Shown here: piece by piece, positions 53,301 to 64,000 of the stretch | Numbering within the stretch: position 1 is the first letter of the stretch | Layout: every line of letters starts with the position of its first letter | From: Marsupella aquatica | Lineage: Eukaryota > Plantae > Marchantiophyta | DNA length: 64,000 nt | Direction: 5' to 3' | Assembly (NCBI GenBank): GCA_973895155.1 | Contig: OZ316898.1 | Span: 10,320,286-10,384,285, forward strand | Program-made: the position numbers and the translations under genes | Notes under the pieces: generated by a model | The model's database searches: none | What the model saw: the letters and a program-made list of their open reading frames with translations, nothing else | What the model was told of the DNA's origin: nothing

Positions 53301-54226
53301 CATCACTGACAGCCACGATCCACCTCCAACAGCATGGGTCAGATCAATTGCGACCGCGGACGAATGCCGCACGTAATAATACCTTCCTTAGAAATCTTAC
53401 ATTTTCTGTTCCGCACTGTATAAACCAAATAGGAAAGAAGGTGGTATGAAAATCAACCTGCGTAGACGATATCATCGGATGGAGAGTCATTGCCTTGGCG
53501 AGCTGTGGATCCTCTTTTGCACTCAATATGCTCATCAGTGCCGCCTTCGGAACCCTCAGAATCAATTCACCTTGTTTCAGAGGACGAGAGGCGGCCAAAC
53601 CACGTCTGCCATATACACAAGCCAAAATTCGAAGACAATCGTGTGATACTTCAGACTATTTCTTGTCACCAAGCCACTCTCGTCCGGATGTAAGAATCAC
53701 AGAATCCAGGCTCTCTGGGACGCAAATCCTAACCTTCCCAGCACTCTTTGTCCACAAATACATAAAATTTAGGTCTTAAACCCAAAACCTTACCCCCAAC
53801 AATCGACACTCACGAAAACATTGATGGTTCACGAGCTGCGTCTAGGATCAAATTGAGAATCTAAAGCAAATCTCATCAACGCAAATCATTCAATTCGATG
53901 AACCGAACAGTACTCTTAACACCAACCCCCTGGCTCAACGACATCCTGCTCTTCACCACATCCGAAACAAATAACCCTACCAAAAGATCTCCCAGCTACA
54001 AATTGGATTGGGAAGGACCAAAACTTGTGAAAATCCGAACCTACCCGCCGGCGTCAGGAAATGTGGCGACACGCAGGGAGTACCCGAACATTCTGCATCG
54101 AGCAGAATCGCTCGAGCAGCCCGAGGTGACTTCATTCTGTATAGGTGGAGAACGAGGTGCATCCGTGATGCCTCGCGCTGTTGCCCAGGAAAGAAGATCA
54201 GAGCACCATTCGTCATCGCCCACCAT
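50390..54226 (-). CDS. SDG40: SET-domain lysine methyltransferase, SDG40/SETD4-like, 6 exons
   Basis: Exons 54226-54045, 53605-53458, 52351-52220, 52040-51900, 51608-51318, 51106-50390. Motifs FPDAGG|RGLAASR..GELILRVPKAALM, WYAYLVELP, WLWASAT|VSSRTLHVPWDEAGTLCPIGDLYNY, QVLLCYGQYSNLELLEHYGF. Confidence 0.93.
52800..53166 (-). pseudogene. CASP-like (DUF588) membrane-protein pseudogene nested in SDG40 intron 2
   Basis: Across frameshifts: MESTR./VKLLDLGFRLPTFACTLSAFVFMIS../RYSDVSMWFVVSNGIAYSYALLTLLLS../GASAVTAIAY, i.e. CASPL TM1 (LR), the Y-S-D loop, TM2 (FV.ANGI...Y) and TM3 (ASA..AIAY). Confidence 0.75.
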
Positions 54227-55879
54227 TCCCACCTTCGACCCTCAACACTACTGTACCTCTTCACAAATGGCATTGTCCATTCATCGCCGATCAAAGCTCG
54301 CGCGCATCCATCCTCTACAAATCTAATCAACCGCCATCCAGTTCCCTTGTTTCTAACTGAAGCTTTCAATCGTCTCACCCCATTACTCTAAATCACCCCC
54401 ACAGTCAAGGTCCTCTTGGACCTCTTTTTTTCTTGCACTTTGTTTTCTTTCCTGGTTTATAAACTTTGGTGTAATTCTTCTTCCCCTATAAAGGGCTAAG
54501 TAAAGTGTGTAAAATGCACATGTTCAGTAATGGGCTTTGAGCTCCACGAAAGGTGGCTCGTGTAAAAACTTTATTTGGGAAATGATACACAAAAGGTGTT
54601 GAATGTTACACCTTTTATGGTGAGTAGTGTGACATCGAATGGGGCTTTTATAGTGGCACGAGCCCTATGTCAGTGCTTTGCACTGTGCAAGGAGGGCAGG
54701 CACATACGGATTGGCCGGGGGCATTACGGGGCAGCAGGAAACAAATACGTGATAGGGGTGTACATTTCTCTCATCAATGGTGAGCAAAAACAGCTAATCA
54801 AATCCAATGGCTGTGGATCTTTCCCGCCCAGAAGCTTTTTTGTATGGGGACGAAGGACGAAAAAAGGCGGGATCCCTTATTATAGTTGTAGATGTGTGAT
54901 TTCTCAAGCACTCACCTTGCTCAAAGTGTGCCCTAAAAGTGCATTTGAGTGCTTGACCACATCTCTTTCCATAAGCCCCCTTTAGCACCCTTTCCCAGGC
55001 AGCAGTATCTATGGTTCACCTCTACCAATGGCAAATTCAATTGATGGTCATGACTGATAAACTTAGAAGCTCTAGTTCATTTCGAACATCCACAACACCT
55101 CATCCAACCGCTCCACAGCACCAACGGTGGCAGCACTGAGCAACACCTCATGCAAGTTACTCCAATGTGAGCTTTTAATGAGGATCGTTCATTTGGTGGC
55201 GAGTCCCTTAACCTTTTTATCTCATTTCTTTGGTGGGCTTTCGGTGGGCTCATCTTAGCCTTTATAATTGGATTCTTGGGGAGGTCATTATGTGGAAGGC
55301 TATACATCATGTGCTATGGTTTGGGTTATTATGACCTCCCTTAGTCACTTTAAATAAAGTTGTAGGATACCAATCATATGATAGACATTATGCATATTGC
55401 AATTAAGAAAACTTACAATTTCAACAAACAACTTAATATGTCTTTCTCCAAAAGTATTAAAATGACCTTAGCAATTATTCAAAGCAATGAAATAATTAAG
55501 CAATTTATATGTCATTTCATGTGTGCAATTTGATGTTTAGGGCGTAGGCAGGGTGGCAATGCTTGGTTCTTAACTTGAATCTCTTTCTTTGTTTTCACAT
55601 CTACCTTGGAAGCTTTTTTGGTTCACCAATCGATCAACATCTACAGACACTAGTAAATTTTGGGGCAGTGTCCAATTCTATTACAATTGGACCTCACGTT
55701 AGATTGGGGCCTCATGAACCCCCACACCTTGGTCCTTGTATCTGTGCACATCCCACAAATTGCTCAAATCAGGGAACTCTTATTGCTTAAAGTTGATCAG
55801 AAACTTTTTTTATCCATCTCAAACAAATGTCACTGTGAATTGAAGGAAGGTCTCACTAGCTGCCCGTCCTGTAAGATAT

Positions 55880-56760
55880 CTTCTCAGCGCCCATCCTTGA
55901 ATTGTTTCATTAATCTAAATGTTGCCACACCTTCCGTCGCGCAAATTGCTACCATATCTAAGTCCTCCAATTTGAATTGGATTGAAGGCCTGGACATTAT
56001 GAGCAATTTAGCTTGCAAAGGGTCAAGATTTATTCCAAGACTTTGGTCCAGGATAATTGGGTGTCTGAGGTCCCAGTCTACATTGAACCTAAAAATGACA
56101 TCTACTGAGCCCAGCAATTGTTGAAACCTAGGAATCTGCTCACTTCCCGTGCTTAAATCTCCCCAAAGAAGTGACTTAAACTGACTACGTGGTTTTCTTC
56201 CATATAGCAGTTTCATTCTAGAGAAGTGACCTAAACTGACTACGGTTTTCTTCCACTAAGGAGTTGTAATGCACCAAATACAGGATGGTCCCAATGACGG
56301 GATTGAAAGGGCTTACAGACCTTGTTGAGTCAATACGATTTTGTCCAGCTTACCTGAAAGACTTACATTATATCATCGTCTACACCCTGGAATTTGTGTT
56401 GTTAGAACTCTCTTTGTTCACAGCTTTTAGAAGACCCAAATTACTCCAACATTTGGCTCAGTAATGTTAATCAGAGAGCTCGTATTTGTGGCTTGTACTG
56501 ACATACTGACCGCATCTCCAGGAATCCCCTTAGATCACAACTTACGGCTTTTCAGCTGAAGAGACACATCCATGGCATGATATTGAGGGAAGCTGCTGAA
56601 ACTTAGGCTATAAATTCTGGGCTGCATGGCTTCTAGCGGTTATGCTTCTCCCACGGTGCACGAACACATCCTGGCAGTTAGACTACACCACTCAATCCCA
56701 GCAGTATGACACAGATTCTCATATAAGAGTTCTCTCAATTGATTCGCCTTCATCCAGCCT
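55880..56760 (-). mobile_element. Highly degraded retroelement (integrase-like) relic
   Basis: LLYGRKPRS resembles the Gypsy integrase PFELLYGRxPR motif; surrounding frames are broken; includes a short duplication at 56168-56255. Confidence 0.35.
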
Positions 56761-58909
56761 ATGCACTCCTCAACTGCACATTTAGCTCTCCACTCCGTGC
56801 GATAGAAGTACTGATCACAGCACGTTGGAAATTAATAGATAAAGTGGGCTATCCAACGTAGTGGTATTTAGCTCCTTAGGTACAGCCGAAGATTCAGTAA
56901 TGCTCAGTTTGAAGAACTGCAACCACTTTGAGGCGTGGAAAATGGTGATTCACAATGTGGCGCACCGGCTGGCTTGGATTCGGAGCATGGATCATTGATG
57001 TAGGAGCCTGGAGAGTGGACAATGTCATAATTATGCATAGATGAAGAATGGGAGATCAAGTGAGTGGTTGGTGAGGTGTGGATTGTGAGATTGGAGAGCT
57101 CTTTGATGTATGCGGGAGCCTTCGCTGCGAGTAGGCGGAGTCCATCACATACTTACCAGCATGCCCAGCCGCAGCAGGCGTGCCAGCAGGGCACCAATCG
57201 GGCCTCACAGGAACAGCATTCCTGGCTGCAATCCTCCGCAGCCCGGTAATATATCTGAAGTTAAACCCTGACAAAAACCTCTCCGATGTGGCAAATGCTC
57301 TGGATTCCACACAACGTACAACCAATATTCTTAATTCTCACTCTGAGATCGATTGATGTCACACTCGAGCAGAGTGGGATAGGGCATAACTGAAGTTAGG
57401 GATGGGGGCGTAAAACAGAAATTGGGGTAGGGTGAGTGTCTAAAAATGGCTTGCATATACTCACCTCTGTATGTTCAAAGAACTACACTCAGGCTAGTAA
57501 GATATGAATTTTAGTCAATGGATTTGTATTACTGTAACCATTTTATATAGGAGTGTCTCAATTTATCCATGAGCCCCAAATCGCCTCCTAAGGCAATTCT
57601 GTGGAGTACTTTTCGAGGTAAGTAGGCAATAGTTGTAACCCAGTTGTCGAATGAAATTACGTCGGCACGTCGTCTTCGTTCTACCTTCCGCCATAGATCT
57701 CCTCTCGTTGGAACACCAGGAAAGACGGAGGAAGCTAGCATTCAATCCCTTTGAAAGGAGACTTCATGAGAGCGTTAACCGAGCCATAAACGTACTTGAG
57801 TACTGGTTCGTACTTGGGGTCGGAGTCTTAATCACTTGTAATGAGAAAGGCACTGCACAGCCGAGCTCCAATGTTGTGAATTCTGATTTGGAAGGACTCT
57901 TTCATTTTTCTGACCGCAGGTAGTTGTTTGACAAGTCACTGTCGTACACTCAAGTTAAATATGAAAGTAGCTGACAAGTCGACTGCCATGGCCACATAAC
58001 ATTTACATAGGACTTGAGTGACGTTATTCCGGTTTCTCTAGCTCGCAGCTCTAAGGTTGGCGATGTCACAGGCAACTCATACCTCTATTAAGTCTAGCAG
58101 TAGATTGATGATCAAGATGAATAATTGCCCGAAGGGTTTGAACATGATTTAAGCTCATAAGCAAGTTTACCAAAGCTCATAAGTCGCAAGTCTAAACTTA
58201 TGAGCTTTGGTAAACCTGCTGTAGCACAGAGCAACGCAGCCAGATTACAGGTACTCATTGCACAGCCTGATGAGACTGATCATTAACAGTGCAATACTAT
58301 GGGAGACTGCTGTATTCGACAGTGCGTAAGCTCTAACTGGGTCCCTTAACCTTGCTAACCAACCAAGATCAATCTCTTTAGGCACATTTCAGGTCAACAG
58401 AAATAAGCCTGGATCAACGATTCATCAACATACGATTAGATTCACCAGTAATTGATTTTGTGTAAGCTACTTTATGAATCTGCCATTAATTGATATTGAA
58501 TCTGCAATTCTGCAGAAGAGAGCGCAGTGCATAATCAGAGCTTTGTTCTTGCACCGACCCAATTGACTCACAAAGACTTTTCTTTCTCTTTCGACTAAAG
58601 CTGCTAGCATTCCGCATCTTCCTGTTACAGGAGATAGCCAGATAGTAGTATGAAAGCTACTATAGCAAAGAACTGTTCGTCGGACGGTATGTGGGAAAAA
58701 CCGAAGCGACCCAATATATGGTTTGGCTATGATTCAGTCTTTCACTGAAACCCCTCGTTTCTTCCACAACGCCTCCGGAAGGCGGAAGGTCTGCTCCCAA
58801 GCCGTGTTGGAAATCTGAGACTTGCGCTGTCTCAGGATTCTCCCACCATCATGCCAACTGCCTCAACCATTTAGTAGAGCCGTCGCCACTGTAATTAATT
58901 TGCTTACGG

Positions 58910-59100
58910 TTAGTCATTTAGTATTAGTCCAGTTACCTAATTACTGTTGGCCATTAGTCGCTTGGGACAATACCTAGTCATTTAGTATTAGTCCAGTTAC
59001 CTAATTACTGTTGGCCATTAGTCGCTTGGGACAATACCGTTAGTCATTTAGTATTAGTCCAGTTACCTAATTACTGTTGGCCATTAGTCGCTTGGGACAA
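58910..59100. repeat. 64-66-bp tandem repeat x3, near-identical copies
   Basis: TAGTCATTTAGTATTAGTCCAGTTACCTAATTACTGTTGGCCATTAGTCGCTTGGGACAA starts at 58911, 58975, 59041. Confidence 0.95.
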
Positions 59101-60459
59101 AACCCACTTAGGATACTCTACCTCCGCTGCCGCTCATCGCCTCTGTTCGTCACTTCTGGTGGATCTTAATCCATGGCTCTTACTCTTTCTGGCTCTCAAC
59201 GGTCTGACGTTAATACTGTATATAATCCACCTCGCTTCCGAGGACTAATCAAGCATTCTCAGAAATTCCTTCAAGCCGGCCCTCTGCCCGGACATGCAGA
59301 ATTCAACATCCTACGTTGGTCCAGAAATAATCGACGGCCAGTACCTATCTTCGCTGTCACGAAAGTCTCTCGATCAGTTCTCGGATCAGTTGCATTTTAG
59401 GTGTGTGACACGGGATCGAGATTGTACGACTGAATTCTTCTACGTACTTGCTACTCCCGTGCTTTGTTTTGCCTTGGTGGCGGGTGATCGATGCTGAATT
59501 TTTGCTTGGGAACACTCGTTGCGTGTTCAGGCGTTTGTTGGCGGAATCGAAGTTCGCCAAGAGGCCATCGACGGAGCCGACCTCTAACGACGAGCGTGGG
59601 CCGCCACCGAGAGCACGAGGCGCAGATGGCTGGCTGGACAATGCACCTCCGGAAGGACCGGGCATAATTGTGAGTACACACACCCACACTATCCGTGGGC
59701 CACCAGATTGTAAAGCCTCATGTCATATCAATGTCGATCAAGGTATTGTCCCTCACTTCGTCTAATCAGAGTTGTGGTCCATGCTCTTGATTCCTGAAAC
59801 CAACACACTTTCTCAATATCGAGAATTTTCTCTTGTAATGAGGTTGTCTGATTCGATTGGTCACGGACTGAGTGAAGTCGGAGGGACGGTACTTGCCATC
59901 TTCGAAAGCCAAGTACGAGGCTGCATCCGCCGCACTGCAGCGGCGAAGATCGATGGGAGGCCAGAATTATTTTCCACCCACGATGAGTCTGGTTTCGACC
60001 ATTACGGCAACCAGCAGGTTGTTATCGAAACTGTTGCCCATAGATGAACGGTCTGGAAATTCGATGAACGGTCGCATTCAATTCGAAAACAGTCTTAATG
60101 TGCAAGATCTAGAGCCATCGTCATGCAGGCACATAATTTCAATTATATGCGTTCAATCAGAGGCAAACATGCAAATTCAATTGCGTAGAGTATTGCTTGG
60201 AAGGCATGTATCACACTTTTCTGTTTCGATATTGCTCGAAGGCAAAGAAATGGAAGTGACTCATCCGACATTGCATCAATTCTACTTATCAATGTTTCAT
60301 TGTGACAATTCAAGCTTTATCCAGAAATTATGAGCAGATCGATCAACAACAGTTAATAATTTAAAAAACAAACTCTTCGTGCGGAAATCTAATCAGATTG
60401 AGTGGATTTGACCTGCACGGACTCAAACTGCTGTCACATGTTTTCGGCCTTAACTGCAG

Positions 60460-62273
60460 GTTCCAATCACAGCGTGGAATCAACCTGGCGCTCCTGAGTT
60501 TGGGGCCGGAGCCCACGAGCGGGGCTACTCCTTGCCTGACAACGTTACGCTAGTCACTCTTGAGGTTGAACTTTAAGATCCTTAGTGAACTTCATGCCAC
60601 TTCCATGTGCGTTAAATGCATAATTCCAGCAGTCGTCGACCAAGCTCCTAGTGATTAAAACCTGGCACCAATGTTTTTTTTGCCTCGAAAAAACCATTTG
60701 AAATTCATCCAAAAAGTGGCCTACAAAGGGGGTCATCACCCAGGGGACCTAATGTCGAAAAGTCAAAAAGACCGGGGAAGCCGGCACCAGGAGAGAGGAA
60801 CGACCAAAGATTGGAAGCCAACAAGAAGTTCAACTACTACCTGGCACCAATGTTTGCACTGCAGTAATGATTTACCCGAATGAACTGCACCCATCTCTTA
60901 AAATTGGAACATAACTATGAATCGTTCATACGTTGAATCATCTTCTATATGACTCGTCCATTCTCTCAACCTGAGCGTAATATTTCAGGAGGCTGAGAAT
61001 GGAGATGTCCTGTTGCGCTTGGCTCATCTATATGAGGTACGCACACATCTTCTGGTCTTACACAGCACTCGGGGAAGGTCCCAAACGAATGTTAGCTGTA
61101 ATAGTGACCCAACATAAACGAGAAAGTATGTTTCAGAGGTAAAGTAGGCACTGTTTCCTTTCTTTCTTGACAGCCTGGTTTACTCCATAAGTTTTATTCC
61201 GTGTAAAGAGATATGGCACGGTCATTTGTCGGCCACTCCTGCCATTCATTGGCAAGCATTGTGCTACAAAAGCCCAGAATGCAAAAGCGCCAGTACAGCC
61301 CCAAGGGCATTAGCAGTAGGCATGTACAGGAACGGAATTTTGCACGACGAGCTGTCAGTTTCGTACAATTGAAACAGTTTCTACTCTTTGCAGAACTCTT
61401 TGCAGATCCAGCTACTCTGCAAGGAAAGCTACACAAACCTAGGTTATTTGATCGATCTGTTGATGGAAGGCCGATTACCGAGCCTTATTACCACACGAAA
61501 ACAGTCTGGCAGTGACCCACGAACAGAACAGCTATGGTTGACAGCAATTGGATATGGATGATTTATACAGATGCCAAGCTTTTCAATAAGTCAGCCTCGT
61601 TGTATTGTTGATTAGCTCTTTCTGGGGTGGGACGGAGAAATCACGTGCAGTCTTCGATTTGTTGTCACTCCAACATTTACTGAGAAAACCAATATATATG
61701 TGCACTTTCGTTTCATATGCATTCTGAACCTTAGTTTGTAGATTTTACTGGTTTAATGTAGAAAATGTTATGGATTTGACAAAACACATTATGATTTCTG
61801 CTTATTTCTGACGTCTCTTTCCAAACTTCGACTTGTCTGACAGGAAGGTGAACACAGCGAGCTCTCCAAACCCGCCTATATTGACATCAGACTTCTCTTT
61901 CAAGGCTGCCAGGTCAGTGCGCACACCACCCGGCAAAACCTTTCACTTCCATTCGGTACCCACACTGAAACTAGTTCTACCTGAAGAGGATCTGTCATTA
62001 GTAGCTGTAAGCAGAGAAACAATTAAATCAGAAACTGAAATTGACTACTTAGGACCAACCAAACTTGCCATAGCTTGAAAAAAAGCTTAGCTGACAACAG
62101 TTCCTCGTCTAAGCAAGATATGCACTGGATAAACCGGATGAGTCTCGGATGTGCAGATCACTAGTGCATGTGAGATGGATCTGTCAGCAACTCAATTCAA
62201 GGGAAACCTTCCCGACCTTGTGATTGAGCTTGGGCCCATGCAAGTCAGAACATTTCTCTTGACTGTAGCATAG
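60460..62273 (+). CDS. Last four exons of a GH38 alpha-mannosidase; upstream exons not found (partial gene or fragment)
   Basis: Exons 60460-60564, 60989-61036, 61844-61912, 62157-62273, all phase 0 GT-AG: ..GYSLPDNVTLVTLE|EAENGDVLLRLAHLYE|EGEHSELSKPAYIDIRLLFQGCQ|ITSACEMDLSATQ..VIELGPMQVRTFLLTVA*. Confidence 0.85.
60677..60838 (-). mobile_element. Short retroposed (LINE/SINE-type) insertion in an intron of the alpha-mannosidase fragment
   Basis: 17-bp direct repeat ACCTGGCACCAATGTTT at 60660-60676 and 60839-60855; T-run at the left junction reads as an A-tail on the minus strand. Confidence 0.75.
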
Positions 62274-62863
62274 CAAGCTGCTGTAGCGTCCTTGATGATT
62301 TAAGTGCCAGCTCAACATCCAATTGAGCATTAGCTAAGCTATCTCGAGCAATTTTCCAAGCACCTCAATACCTTACTATATATGTTGAATGTAAATCAAC
62401 CAGCTGCAATCCTATTCAATATTACAGTCCACTCAGGTTGGGCTAGCTACCCAGATCTCCCCGTAGCTTTCCAATTCAATTTGTAGCCTTTTCACACTCG
62501 AGTCATGGTGTCAGTTACCACCGTGTTACATCGTCAATGGATTGTAGATTGCCCTATATTAGTTCCAATGCTCAGGAACGTGAGGGGAATATGAAGAGAT
62601 CTGGTATAGGCGGCAATGCAAACTACACAACCACCGGAAAATTTTTGGCAGCCTCTAGCAAGACTGAGATAAATTATTCGAAGTACCTCCTTGTAATTCA
62701 CTGAAAGACTATTGACGGCTGACTACTCATTACTTCAAAAGTATGTCTCCTCTAGCACTGACGAACAATGATCCGACGTGAAAGTAGTGGGAAAAATGCA
62801 GACTCGAACAATTGCACATACTCGGCGCTGCTTAAAGTAGCCTTTCAATGAGCTTGATGACAG

Positions 62864-63514
62864 TCACGGATATTTCAATTTTATGAGAATAAAAGAACGG
62901 ATGACGAAGTCTGAAGTAGTGTAGCAGAGAAACCACAGTAGTAAAAGGGCGAGAACATTGAAAAGAACCCGTTCCCACCAGTCCAACATATAAAGTCCAA
63001 ACGTCACATTGTACACGAAGATTTTAGAATTCACCCAAGCCACTGTCCGTTTGAAAACTCCTCTCTTTTGTTGGCCCCCGACAGGCCCCCCATTTTGCAG
63101 ACCATTCTGCATGTCATTGTGATAACCATTCTGCAAATGAGTCTGTGGGATCAAAGAAACTTAGAATCAGTCTCTTCACCATAGTAAAGTCAGTCCATCC
63201 CCAGCATAGTCCAATGAGAGAACCTCTAGTATATGCCTACTTCTCTGGTAATTAAATTTTCTTGATATTCTCTACAATCTGAACCAGAAATTTTGCTGAA
63301 GAGAAAGACCCCCCTCCACTGGCCCCAGACCCTAGTATTGTTGATGTGAAGATGAAGACACATCTCGTACTTGACCACGCGGGATCGAAAGAATTGGTAC
63401 CTGAGTTGATGCTAATGATGATGATCCCGACGCTGATATGCACGAAACAGCTCCTCCTCGCATGACATTCCGCACCAACTGCGTTTCGCGCTGCCGCGCA
63501 AGGGCCCCCGCCAT
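62864..63514 (-). CDS. ssSPT: Serine palmitoyltransferase small subunit with long N-terminal extension (130 aa), 2 exons
   Basis: Core WVNSKIFVYNVTFGLYMLDWWERVLFN matches plant ssSPT; exon 63514-63401 (GCGGATGGC start, CAG|GTACC donor) splices in phase 0 to 63142-62864 (CCCACAG acceptor). Confidence 0.9.
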
Positions 63515-64000
63515 CCGCTCCTCTCCTCTCCTCTCCTTCCCTTCCGTTTTGTTCGCTTCACTTCCCTGTCGAAAACCTTTTCTCTCGTGCTCTGTAAACG
63601 TTTGGGAAGAGGGCTCTCTCTCGCTTCTTCTCTTCGAGAGACCAGAGAGGGAACTGGGCTAAATAGACAACGTCCGCGACCAACAGGAAGACCAACTACG
63701 GGAATCTTCCTTGGGGTGTGAAACCTAGGCCTCGAAAGTAAAGCCACCTTGCTACGTTTTCCCCCGAATACAGCGCCCCAGGTGTTCTATTCGAAAATGC
63801 ATTTTTTTAGGCCTTCATAAGAAAATTTATTTATTTTCCAAACATAATTTCATTTTCCTCAGAAAATAATTTTTATAAAATGTAAATAGGATAACGAAAA
63901 CCCCAGGTGGGGGGAAGCAAACAGCCCCATAAATACAACAGTGCAACTCCCTCAACTCCCTCTCTGGAAGGCCAGAAGCCCAGAAAAGTACAATAAGACC

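Noticed and set aside
58910-59100. CRISPR-like appearance of the repeats (also 16843-16924 and 43172-43519)
   Set aside because: Head-to-tail copies with no unique spacers, no cas genes, eukaryotic context
62860-62875. ATATCC on the minus strand near the ssSPT stop as a U12 AT-AC donor
   Set aside because: Reads ATATCCGT rather than ATATCCTT, and no CCTTAAC branch site is visible downstream
1-64000. tRNA, rRNA or snoRNA genes
   Set aside because: No intact cloverleaf or rRNA-like sequence recognised by eye; only a degenerate tRNA-like SINE head near 4000-4075

Overview
Intron-rich eukaryotic nuclear DNA from a land plant; gene content and intron style suggest a bryophyte, probably a liverwort (inference). 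Spliced genes reconstructed by eye from GT-AG boundaries and protein motifs: bifunctional nuclease BBD1-like (-, runs off the left edge), protein phosphatase 5 (-, 12 exons), a poorly conserved + strand gene with a Moonraker-like C-terminus, the mitochondrial basic amino-acid carrier BAC1 (-, with a GC-AG intron), a PMEI-like/pectate lyase fusion (-), the SET-domain protein SDG40 (-), four orphan 3' exons of a GH38 alpha-mannosidase (+), and an N-terminally extended serine palmitoyltransferase small subunit (-). Intergenic DNA holds solo LTRs, hAT-type MITEs, a foldback element, a retroposed insertion and tandem repeats. The most unusual region is ~39.0-43.5 kb. It is a same-strand chain of decayed pieces: an intronless trypsin-fold GxCG-protease gene resembling fungal proteins, an ELF3 3' half, and the end of an NAD-IDH regulatory-subunit gene. 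A CASP-like pseudogene is also nested in an SDG40 intron. All family assignments come from recalled motifs, not database searches.
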